Assembly: GCA_028534125.1 (NCBI GenBank)
Contig: CM052816.1
Coordinates: 79,734,001 to 79,798,000, forward strand
Direction: 5' to 3'
From: Lama glama
Taxonomy: Eukaryota
Length of the DNA stretch: 64,000 bases
Shown: positions 13,967 to 39,626 of the stretch, in pieces
Position numbering within the stretch: position 1 is the stretch's first letter
Layout: each line of letters begins with the position of its first letter
Notes under the pieces: generated by a model
Database searches by the model: none
The model's input: only the letters and a program-made list of their open reading frames with translations
Told to the model about the DNA's origin: nothing
Position numbers and translations under genes: made by a program

Positions 13967-14900
13967 TGTGTTAGTCAGTTCTGCAGTGGTAACAAATGGT
14001 GCCATCTCAGTGGCTTACAACACATTTCCTTTTTGCGCCCTTTACATAAGGATTATGGATCAGCTGTAGGTTGACCATGGCTTTGCTGGGATTGGCTGGA
14101 CTCAGCTGGTTCCACCTGTTTTCTCATTCTGGAGCCCTGACAGAGGGAATAGCCATTGTCTGGGATATCCCGAGGGCATACGGAGAATAAGAGCAAGAAG
14201 CCTTCAGGCAGTAAATACAGTCCCATGCAATTGTTCTTAAGGCTTCATTTGGACAGAAAAAACAGTCACACCCACTCATATTCCATTAACTAGAATTTTT
14301 CACATGGCAAGTTCAAAGTCACTGAGATGGCATGTAAACTCCTCACACAGGGTCCATGTGGTGACTTAAAGAAAAACACACAGTGTAAGAGTAGTGAGTT
14401 TTAGTTTTATTTGTGGACCCTACTGAGGACTATAGCCCAAAAGACAGGCTCTCAGTAGCTCGGAGGGAACTGTGCTGAAGAGGTAGGGGAGGAGACAGTT
14501 TATATATGATTTTTGGCTGGGGTACACATGCAATGGAGCATACCTCTTGTGAAAGATTACTGCTGGTCACAAAGAATGGCTATCTCAAGTTAATGATTTT
14601 AGTGCTTTCCTATGAATGCGAAGATGCACGAATCCGAGGCTATTAAAATTTTTCATGAGATATGCATCTTATTATCTGAGGGAACTGTTTTTCCAAGGCA
14701 GAGCGTCTCACCCTCTTTTTCATCCTAAATTCCTCTCAGGGTGCACTGTTAGTGAATACAGGCCGACTTAATCCTTGTAGAGTTGGGTGGTGAGCAAGCT
14801 CTTTGTTCTTCTTTGTTTACACATGAGTGTGTCCCATGACAGAAGGTGGTGGTTCGTAATCCTATGACTGGGAGGGAGTAAATCGTTGGGGACTGTCATC
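13967..14900. mobile_element. Old MaLR (MLT1-like) LTR interrupted by a younger LTR
   Basis: tgttagtcag...gtggtaacaaat...atctcagtggcttacaaca is typical of MLT1. A second MLT1-like piece lies at ~12970-13370. Confidence 0.6.
14359..14821 (-). mobile_element. ERV1 solo LTR, MER41-like
   Basis: TG...CA termini with 4 bp TSD catg (14355-14358 and 14822-14825); tttatt (antisense AATAAA) near the left end; tactgaggactatagccc and tctcaagttaatgattttagtgcttt resemble MER41-family LTRs from memory. Confidence 0.8.
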
Positions 14901-15412
14901 CAGTCTACTCACACCTCCATTGCCTCCATTGAAATCCTAATTGCAACATTCCTCACGAGAGGAAGCCACTCTACCTTGGCTCTTAGTCCTTGTGCTGTGG
15001 GAAGTTCTTTGACTAGAGAGAGTTAGGACGGAGACGCAGTGAACAATGGGGGAGTGGAGGGATTTTAGCAAATGTTTATGTAGTCCTCATCGTAGACAGG
15101 GCAGTGTTTTAAGCGCATCACAAATACCAATTCATTAAATTCTCATCATAGCTCTGAGAGGTACACAGAGGCAGCAGGGCAGATGGAGCCTGACCAGGGC
15201 CCCCAGGAGGGCCAGGCTAGGGTAGCACAGGAGAGGGAGACAGATGAGAAGAAAAGGAGGAAGGAGGGGAGCCTGGGTTCACAGGTCCCCTCCCAGGTCT
15301 CTCCCAGTTGAAAAAGGCTCCCTGCAGACCTGCCTTCAGCTGGCCTGGAAGTTTCAATATCCCTCGTCTTCCTCTTACATGTGGGGACACTGAGCCCAGA
15401 GAGATGGAGCTA

Positions 15413-15610
15413 AGGATGTGCTGGTAAATGTTGAACAACTGCTCTCTCCAAAGAGGGGGAAAGGAAAGAAGAAGAAATTCCCGCTTACAGCATTTGCCAG
15501 TTCCCGTGGCATAAATACTCCCGCTATGGCTGATTTCAAGCCACCAACACCAAGCCAGCGGGCTTCCAGCTTCCTGCAAAGGTAACAGTTACTCCCCGTT
15601 GTGAGCCTGC
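15413..15610. mobile_element. MER63-like hAT-Blackjack fragment
   Basis: gatgtgctggtaaatgttgaacaac...taaatactcccgctatggctgatttcaagccaccaac. Confidence 0.65.
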
Positions 15611-15774
15611 ACCCCTGGAGAGAGAGTCCCCTTGACCTCACAGCTCCTGAAGCGCAGAGCCCTCCGCACAAGAAATGCCCAGGTCACGTCGGTCCTTTTA
15701 GGAAAACGCCCTTTCCAGGCCCAGAGGGTGGAGGAGCACCCCAGATTCTTGCATCTTCCCATTCATAGGAAAGC

Positions 15775-16200
15775 TGGGCTTTCAAACGTCAGCTTGCATA
15801 AGAATCACCTGAATGCTTGTTAGAAATGCCCCTTTAGGTACAGGCTTGCAACCAGTAGATAAGTAAGTCTTGGAGAGCTTAATGCACAGCGTAATGATTA
15901 TAGACAACAGTGTATTATAAACATCAAAGTTTCTTAAAGACTAGATCCTAACTGTTCCCATCTCGAAAAAGAAATGATCATTATGTGACTTGATAGAGGT
16001 GTTAGCTAATGTAGTAATGTAGTAATATAATATATAAATATATCAAATCAACATGATGTGCACCTTAATCTTATGTAATTATGTCCCAATAATTGTTTTT
16101 AATTTTCTAATTAAAAGAATGCCTCTTCCTAGGCCCCACTCTCTAAGAATTTTGACCTGTTTTATCTGGGATGGGCAGTAGTGCCCAGAACATGCTCTGG
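15775..16200. mobile_element. MER5-like element split by an L1 3' end fragment (~15835-16113)
   Basis: gcataagaatcacctg...gttagaaatgc on the left resumes as ctaggccccactc on the right; the intervening sequence is L1 3' UTR-like. Confidence 0.55.
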
Positions 16201-16961
16201 AAGCAGTGCCTCAAGATATTCACTGCTGCTGAAGGACCGTCCTGGATTCCCCACAGCACCCTGCCTCAGAGCCACCCTTGGGAAAGGGGAGTGTGCTGAG
16301 AGAGCCCTTGATCAGAAAGACAGATGCCCTAGATGGCTCAGAAACCATGGTCTCAAGGTCCCTTGACGTGTCCACCAAGCCATGGGGTTCTGTATGTTGA
16401 AGCTTCCTGAAGGTAGGAGCCAGCCATGAGAAGTCAAAAGCATGGTGTTTAACGACACTGACAGTGGAGCCCAGCTGCAAAGTTTCTCCCCCTCCAGGCA
16501 CTGCTCGCTAGCTGTGGGACCTCGGACCACTCAGGGAGCCTCTCTGGTTCCCAGTCTCATCTGTAAAATGGACATATTCATGGTACTTACATCTCAGTGC
16601 CTGGCATGTAGTACGTCCTATACAAAGGTTTGCTGGCTTCATCACCAGACAGTTCTGAGCACACAGGAGGCTTTTAAGATAAGGTTGTTGGTTTAAACCA
16701 CCTATCCCTTTGAGCTTCCATTTTCTCACCTTTGAAATGGGCGCAATGGTATAGTACTAGTGACAGTAATAGCTTTCCCGTCCACTGCACATGATTATTA
16801 CAAGAGTCACGTGCGATCTGAAGACTGAGTTCCCATTGCTGCTTTGTTGCCTGTGCTGTGTGATAGTGGACAAAGCCAGTTACCTCTCTGAGCCTCCGTT
16901 TCCTCTCCCACCAAGGGGAGCCCCCCCACAGAGGTGGGATAGCATATGTATCAGGTGACCT

Positions 16962-17123
16962 CAGTGGATTCCAACGCTGGCTTTACACTGGTATCATCCA
17001 GAGAGCTTTTTTAAAATTCTCATGTGCCAGCGAGTCCAATTCTGAACCAATTAATCAGAATCTCTAGGGACTTAAGAGGTTCCCTGTGTGATTCTAATGT
17101 GAATTCTGGATTGAAAACCACTG
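16962..17123. mobile_element. MER5-like hAT element
   Basis: cagtggattccaa...ttgaaaaccactg imperfect terminal inverted repeats with a gtgattctaatgtg core. Confidence 0.65.
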
Positions 17124-20100
17124 ACGTCTGTGGGACAGCTTTGTAAACTGCAAAACACAACGTCCAATTTATGGATGTTTTTTGTTCTTAATTGATAATC
17201 TTACAATGAACTAGTTCTTCTGAAATCAGGCCAAAGGGTACTTTCCACCATCTGTCTGAAGTGTGCATTGACTGGAGAGAATTAAAACTCACTCAGTTCC
17301 CATTCTGGCCTTCAGGCCAAGCAGGCTGAGTGAAAACAAGTGTCCCTCAGATCAAAGATGTTGCTGGCATGCTGTGGCCAGTGAGTGGAGTTGGCGTCAT
17401 TGGCTTTGGAAGCCCTGCCTCCAGCCACAGGGAAGCATTCAGTGTTCTGTTTTATTAAGGTGACTCCAGTGCAAAGGCACACACATCACCGTGTGGTGAT
17501 TTACCCCAGCTAGGTTAGGGGCCAGGAGATCTTTCTACTTAAGTCCCCACGTGGAATACCAACCCTGATTCAGCTCCAGTTTGGGCAAATGCAATCTCTG
17601 CTAACTGTCTACCTCTTAGAACACACAGCCTTCATCATGCACAGCACACTCCCTCCCCTTGGACACATCGTCACATAGCAGAGTCTTCAAGAAGTTCTTC
17701 CCTCTGTGAAATATCTGGGATTCACAAGAGAGAGGGAAGGGGCGTCCTGAATCAGAGGTAGATGTTTTCTATCAGGCTCTCTACTCTAATAACATCCACA
17801 CAGCCATGGTGTTCTGATTAAACTGCTGGCCTCTAAGGCGATGGTCGTTTTACATAGAAGTGATTCCCTTGTGGAAGGTGCCAGATGTTTCCCACTGAAG
17901 GATATCTCAAAACAAGGAATGAGGTGGAAACCTGTTTGAGAAGCAATAATATGTAAACTTGATCATTGCAATGGTTAAAAAAAATAGCAACAATGGATGA
18001 CATATGAGCAAGTGTCCTGCTGTGAAATTCTGGACTATGCCTATGGACAGATAAAGATTTCGTGTCAGGTAAATATGTCTGCATGCAACACAGGAAGAGC
18101 TAGAACCTTCACTCCCCACCCTCGGGCCAGGGTTCTCCTCGCCCTGGGTCCCCAGCAGTCAAGGTCTACATTCAAGAGCAGCTGCCATGTCACTCATTCT
18201 TTCTGCAAACAGTCATCGACCATTGACCTTGGGCAGAGCTTGTACAGCAGTGAATGAAACAGCTCGTTCCCGCCGCTGCTCTGCCCACCCTGAGCAGATT
18301 AAGCCCTCTGTTTTCCAGACTAAATGTTGGCACTCTGTGTTGGAAAGACAAGCCAGATTCTTGGAAATCCAAGGGAACCTGTGGGGTTCTCTCCCTGTTG
18401 TTTTAGCCTCAGGCCATCTAACAGGTGGAGGAACAGGTAAGGAGACCCAGGCGACAGAGGACCCAACCCAGTAGACCCCAAAAGAAGCAGCCGACACAGG
18501 TCCTAACATTGAAAACAATGGGTGAATGTATTTAAAATCTGTTTGCAAGAAATGAGATTGTTCGCATTTTTAGGATGAGAAAGGCATTAGAAGTTTAATT
18601 TGCATTTACAGTCAGGAGCTATGGCAGGCAGTGTCCTAATCATTTATGGTAGAAATTGGGCAGAGGCATCAAGTGGGTGTGAGGCGTGCAGGGCTCTCCT
18701 GCCACCTGAGACTCGATCAGTCTTGGCCAAATCCAAGGTTTACCAAAACCTGGAAAACATAAATGTTCATCAAGGGGGTTGACTAGGTAAATAAATTATG
18801 ATCTTTCATTCAATGTAGTATAAATGAAGATGAATGAGGTGACATGAAAAGGAATTCTGTAAAGGGACGTGTAGCAACAAGGATAAATCATCCAGCAACG
18901 TGAAGTGAAAGAAGCCAGGCACGCACACTCAGATGCCCGTTGTGTGATTCTATTTCTGTCAAGTCCAAAAGTAAACAAAACTAATCTGCTTAAGTGTTAG
19001 AGGTCAGAAGATGGCTTCTATTGGGAAGAGGTGGGCAGAGCCTGGGGGCAGATCCCCGGGGCCTTTCTGGGATGCCATTAGTGTTCTGCTTCTTGACCTG
19101 GTTGAAATGTAGACATATTCACTTTGTGATAATTCATTGATCAGAATACTTAGGATTTGTGCTTTTCACCCAGGTGACAATCTTTAAAGAAATCCAAGTC
19201 TTGGATGGGGTCCTGCTTGTCCATGGAAATTGGGTTTGCGAAAGCTAGGTAGGGTCCTGCCCAGCATGCTAGGTCCATTTCTAGACTCTGGGGAACTGAG
19301 TAAAAAAAATCTGAGCCGAGCATTGGGGCAGTCATAGCAGATGAGGCTACACCAGGTGAGGACTGCATTCGCTTCAGGACCACCTGATCCCAGGTCTTGG
19401 GAGCAAGTCCCACAAAATCATCGCACTGAGATTTCTGGCGTTTGAGATTGGCTCAGGAGTGGGTGAGCCTGAATGTGCAGATGGAGTCTACCAGAGGAAG
19501 CTCAGATCTGTTCTTTTTAATTGTCAAGAGACCGCACTGCCCCCTCTCCTATGACGCGCCATCCCTACTAGGGACAGTGGGATCAGCCTAGGCTCTGGGA
19601 CTGTGGCCCTGCTTTGGCATCCAGAGAGAGTGGCTCTTGTTTCTCAGAAGAGCAAGCTACTAGGACAAAACTTGCTAGAGTTCCTTCTCAACTGTTGGCC
19701 TGTGTAGAAGAGACTTGGTTTTAATAGAAGGGAATGATGAAGGGAAGTTTTTGGAGAGAATCTGAACAGAAACTACACTGATGAAAGGAGGAAGAAGGGG
19801 GCTTTGTGGGGTCACACCACAGTGGGACACAGCTCCGTGGGAAGGCATATTTGAATAGGATAATGGGAGGCGCACAAAGATGGGAGAGTCCCTGAGGGTG
19901 CAGAAGCAAAGAAGCCAAGACAGCTGGTCCTGGGCCAGGTGCGGGGGCTGCTGGCTTGCTAGAGACCTGCTCTTTAGTTTTAAGTCTTGCATTTTTAAAC
20001 CACAGTCACACTCAGAGAGCTATTGAGGAATGAAGCCAAGATCATTGTCCTTCGATGGGGGTGTGGGGCTGACGTTTTCCTAATTGGTCTCCAAACATTT

Positions 20101-21336
20101 GGAGCCATTTACCACTATAAGCATCACTAAAAGCAGTCTGTGGATGCTCTTTGAAACCAGCCCCAGGTGGAGCAAGTACTCTTGATTAAGATCCTGCTTA
20201 GGAGTGGACTCAGAGAGACAGAAACCAAATTTATCCCCAGCTTAGTGTCCACTAGCCATAAAAAATGATCAGTGGACAGCAGGAAGGGTGCCTAGTGCTG
20301 GGAGAAACCACGGCAGATGACCAGGTTAGCATGCAGTGTAGCATCCTTAGGCGTGGGCAGCTGGGATTACCTTCCTCTCTGAAAGTTTACTTGCCCCACT
20401 GTGTTTGTCCTACTGGAGGGTAAGACGTAGTGTGAGGTGGGAATCATTATCAAAACACAGCAGTGAGACCACTATGAGTGTGTCCGGTGCTCTGACACAG
20501 GAGTTTCAAGGCATCAGAAAGTGCACATGGCTAGTTACCAGATTCTGGGATATCTCAGGACATCCAAGAGGAACTTATTTCTTTTTAGTTTATAAAATGC
20601 TTCCTGACAGCATTTTTATTGGAAAACTTAATGTAGGAGAGTTTCTTTGAGCCTGGACCAGGGTACCGGGAAGCATAAGTGATGACAAAATCTGCTCCTG
20701 TCTGCCCCACCCTGCTCCCCATCCGGGTGTTTCTTTTGCAAAACACGCGGAACCCTTACTTGGCAGAGCTGTCTGGATAGCACATGACCTCACCCGGAAG
20801 GTATGACTTATAACATAAGGATCTCGAGCATTTCAGTCCAATGCCCAAAAGAGCAGGGACATCTCAGTAAAGGATATTACAGAACTTCAGCCAGTGGGTA
20901 AAATTCTCTTCCCCAAGCCAGGCTGAGATCACCAGATCTCCAGGACGAAGAACTCTTTCAGGCTTATATGGACCTAGTGAAGCGGGGTTAGAACAGCGGA
21001 GCTGAGTTCCTCGGGCACAAGTCTGGCGGGTGATCTCGCTGAGCCCCAGCTCTGCCTCCTTCACACCTGCTCAAGGCTGGGCGTGCTGCTCACCCCGGCT
21101 CCGCTGCTGCTGTCTCCCCCACGTCCCCCACAGAAGGGGGAGTAATCGCACATTCATCACACAGTCCACATAGCAGGATGATTTATCAGACGCTCGCAGA
21201 TTTGCCAGATTTCTCTCCCCGAGTGTCACGCGGCTAATAATTTTCTAAACCTCTCTGCACTTTAATTTCCCTGTCTGTAAAAGGAGTTGGTAATAATCCA
21301 TGCTACTCACCGGGCTATTGTGAGGGCTCAATGCAA

Positions 21337-21570
21337 CTTTTTGGTATTGAAGTGTAGTCAGTTTACAATGTTGTGTCAGTCTCTGGTGTACAGCACGATG
21401 TTTCAGTTATACATGTACAGACATGCATTCCTTTTCATATTCTTTTTCACTATAGGTTACTACAAAATATTGAATATAGTTCCCTGTGCTATACAGTAGA
21501 AACTTGTTACCTATTTTATACATCGTAGTTAGTATCTGCACATTTCCAGCTCCTAATTTATCCCTTAACC
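21337..21570 (-). mobile_element. Short L1 3' end fragment. Related copies lie at ~29563-29765 (+), 49180-49335 (-), 55040-55300 (+), 58365-58590 (-) and 59375-59690 (-)
   Basis: Shared ttgaagtatagttgatttacaatgttg...ggtgtacagca...ataggttattacaag...gttccctgtgctatacag motif, also seen at the 3' end of the L1 at 393. Confidence 0.8.
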
Positions 21571-22164
21571 ACCCGCTAGGTGGTTAAGACACTCAGCACA
21601 GGGCCTGGCCTCTAGTAAGTGTTCCATACGTAGTAGAAGTGACTCGAAACCCAGTATGAGCCCTTAACCACTTGATTTAAGTTAGATTACCCTGAGCTTA
21701 GTATGTGCCACCTGGAAGGGCTTATGGAAGGAATCCGGGAAAAGCAACTGTAAGGTTCCCAAAGGACAACATCCTGGCTGCCACCCAGGAGCCCCAGTAT
21801 AAGGGAGTCACTTGATGGTACCTTATACCCCAAATCTCTACTGCCACTAAGATTTTTATTTCCAAGAGGGAGTAGTAGCAGGTGGAGAAGCTTCAAGAAG
21901 TTCTCTGTTAGGTGGTGTCCGGCTGTCAGATGGAGACCTGCCCTCCGGCTGGTCTTTTCAGGGCTCATCAAACAACACTCAGTCATTTCAGAAGTCCCAA
22001 GATGGGCAGCCGTGCCACTGAATGCCCTTCCCCTGATTTAAAAAAACCATAACATTTAGAGGGAAAATGTAAGCCATGTGTTTCCTAGAATTTATCACAT
22101 CTTTTGTTTTCAGAGAGGTGTTTGGAGTCCAACTAGACTAATGAACCTTTTTCAAGTGTCTTGA

Positions 22165-22282
22165 GGGGGAGGGCATAACTCAGTGGTACAGTGCATGCCT
22201 AGCATGCATGAGGTCCTGGGTTCAATTCCCAGTACCTCTACTAAATAAATAAACCCAATTACCTCCCTCCATTAAAAAAAAA
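22165..22282 (+). mobile_element. tRNA-derived SINE (camelid Vic-1-like)
   Basis: A-box taactcagtggta, B-box gggttcaattccc, A-rich tail; TSD gtgtcttga at 22156-22164 and 22284-22292. Confidence 0.85.
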
Positions 22283-23095
22283 TGTGTCTTGAAAAATCCT
22301 TTTTTCTTAGAAAGACATTTAGAGGCTTTGAAAGTTGCTCCAAGGGCAAAAAATAATCATATTAATAATAAATTGCTCAAAATGCTCAACCCCTGCAGGT
22401 TCAGAATTTGCTTAATACTCCAAACCCAAAGGACTTGAATTATTACCAGGATTTGTCATTTCTTGCTTATGGGGTTTTTCCAAAGAGGAGAAAAAAACTA
22501 CATGGAGGTTCACTAGAGTTGACTGTGTGGTTCACGGCCGTGCCCATCGCCCAGAAGACTTCCAGCATCTTCTCAGCCTGAACCTTCAGGGGAAGCGCCC
22601 CCTTACTTGTGGCATCCGTGAGACCAGGCTGGAGTTAAACTGAACGCACTGACTTTTCAGCCTGGTTTATTTTTGGCTGGTGGATCATAGCTGCCCCAGA
22701 ACAGTTCTCTTGTAGGGCGTACAATCTGCGTCACATAAAACGGGTGATATATTGTTAGGTGACTGAGATGTAGAGAGAGCAATTTTCCCTTGGGATGTGT
22801 GCAAAGAAGCCAGCAGCGGCCAGCTGCCCTTGAACGTGGTCATCTGGTGACCTCTAGTGGTGGAATTTTTCCCAGCATGTGTGCAGCTATGCTTCTGAGC
22901 CAAGCCATCCTTGTTACATTTTCCTGCATTCCTTTCCTCCTGTTTTGTTATTCACGTTCAGCAAGGAGCAAGAATCAGTTGCAAACACCCAGAATAAAGG
23001 GATGCATGTGCCTAATCAGACTTTCATTTCAAAAAAGTGCCTTCTCTTTCAGTGAATCTCTGATACGGTTCCTGTGGAAAGAGAAGGGAGCCAAC

Positions 23096-37490
<14,395 letters not shown>

Positions 37491-39459
37491 TAGCTTGATT
37501 CACGAAAGGATGGGTTAGAATGTGATTTCTCTTCAGGTAACACTACAGAGTCCGTGAAATGCACTCTACCAGAGAATGCTCCAGCATGGGGTTAGAAGGA
37601 CACTACCAAAACTCAGAGTTCACTCCTTTTCACGCTCCATTTTCAACCGGTTGCCTTTCTCCAACAGCTGATTCCAGAACAAATCATTTTCGTTTCCTGT
37701 GATTTGTAGATTTACTTTTTGCTCTTAGTAACAAAATTATGTGTTCAGTGAAATACAAGCACATTGTCTAGTACTGTTTAGAGACAGTACCAATAGGTAT
37801 AGCCTCTGAAACAGGCTTTCATGGTTCAGTACGTTGCAGAAGGAAATGAAATCGTCAAAATTGTTTACCACAGGAAGATGGTAGATACGAGGAAAACGCC
37901 ATGAAAACTGCTTTTGAAAACCAGTTGCTCAACCTTTGCACTCCTCCTTCATTTTATTACAGTTAACTAAATACGATCCATTTAAAGGAAGAGTGCATTC
38001 CAGAACACCTGACAAATTGTTTAATCAGTTCCTATTATCGCAATGATGCATTGCCAATTTGTAAGTAAAAAGGATGCCTCCAATTTTTTCTTAAAATAGT
38101 TTGAATTTGTTGAGCATGGATTTCCCCCCTAAATTACATTCCATTCTAGAGCTTCTAGAGATTATAGTTTTAGAAAGTGAAATATCCTTACACAAGAGGC
38201 AAATGAGTTTCATGTGAAAAATCTTTCCGAAATATTTTCTTGCTTCATTTTAGCATGATAGATAATTTATTATACCCCCCTAGTCTTCTGTTAGTAAAAA
38301 AAAAAAAAATCCCAAAAGACTAACCTTAATTTAAAGAAGAATCACAGCAGGATCCTGATGGAAGTACTGCCTTACTGTATATACAAACTGCGCTTTAATA
38401 TAAACCCGTAAGTTTAACAGTGTATTTTTGAAGACTATTTTTCTATCACTTAGGTAAAATAAAAGACTATTTTCTATCTTCCCAGTACAGCTGTTTACGT
38501 TTTCAGCGGGGGCAGGATTTTCTGCTACAAGGTGATAATGAGTATTTCCAGGACACAGTAGTATATGCAGTCCCTGTTTGTGGAATAAGATGCCATATCA
38601 ACCCAAAGGCCACTGAGGAATAGGAAGTGGGTGACAATATTTAATTTCCTGCACAGTGCAGTTAGCTTATCTGAGTCTTACTCTTCAGGATACTTTAAGC
38701 AACAATCACCGACCCAGAGTTTCAGGGCTCTCCACAGACCACAAAATTACTTCTCCTGTGATTTGGGGCTTCTTGGGGCTTCTGCTCTTCTCTAGGTAGA
38801 TACACATAAAGCTCCCATGAAAAGGGGGAGTGGTGACATCTAACATACTGTTTTAGAGAGAGGGATTTTGTTTTGTTTTTCTGAGCAATCTGGAGCAACA
38901 AAGACATTTTAAGTAAAGCCAGGAGTTTGTATCTCTTGGGAGCAGATCCATTTGCAGAATTTTGGCAGAAGCAGAGACAGCACTCATGTCAGAAGTGTCC
39001 AAATACAAGTGCCAAGAAACCAGGCATTTGTGGAACAGTGAGAACAGCTGCAAAGACCAGGGTCTGGTAGTTAGAACCTCCAAGTCAATTCCAAGGGCAG
39101 GCTCTCCAAGAGCAATCAAAAGCCTGGATCTCCATTTTAAAGAGAACATCCATGACTCATCCAGCTGTCCGCCTGTCTTTGATTTCACCTGATGTCAAGT
39201 CCATTTCGATGTCCACTCACTAGCTGGGACGTAGAGAATTTGAACTCTCTCTGTGAGTTAAATATTCCACCCCAATAAGTCCATGTTGATACAAGCTGGA
39301 CTCAGAGGTAGCCTGATGTTTGGAAGTGAACACATTGCCAGTGCTTCCAGAGTTGCAGAAGTAGTAACTCTGAGCTCTAGTCTCCCAATATACAAACAAC
39401 ATGTGAAGAGTGACAGGAATATTTGTGAAAGTTGTCCAAGTTTATTCAATCCCCAAGAC

Positions 39460-39626
39460 CCTTGCTACTCAAAATACAGTCCAAGGGCCAGCTTTGTCAC
39501 ATCACCTGGATGCTGCTTGGAAATGCAGAATCTCGGTCCCGTTGCCCCAAACCTACAGAATCAGGATCAGAATTTTCCTAAGATCCCCAGATGATTCATG
39601 TGCACAATGAAGTTTGAGAAGCATTG
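39460..39626. mobile_element. MER5A-like element within the putative 3' UTR
   Basis: tgctactcaaa...gaaatgcagaatctc...aagatccccagatgattcatgtgcaca...tttgagaagcattg. Confidence 0.8.
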
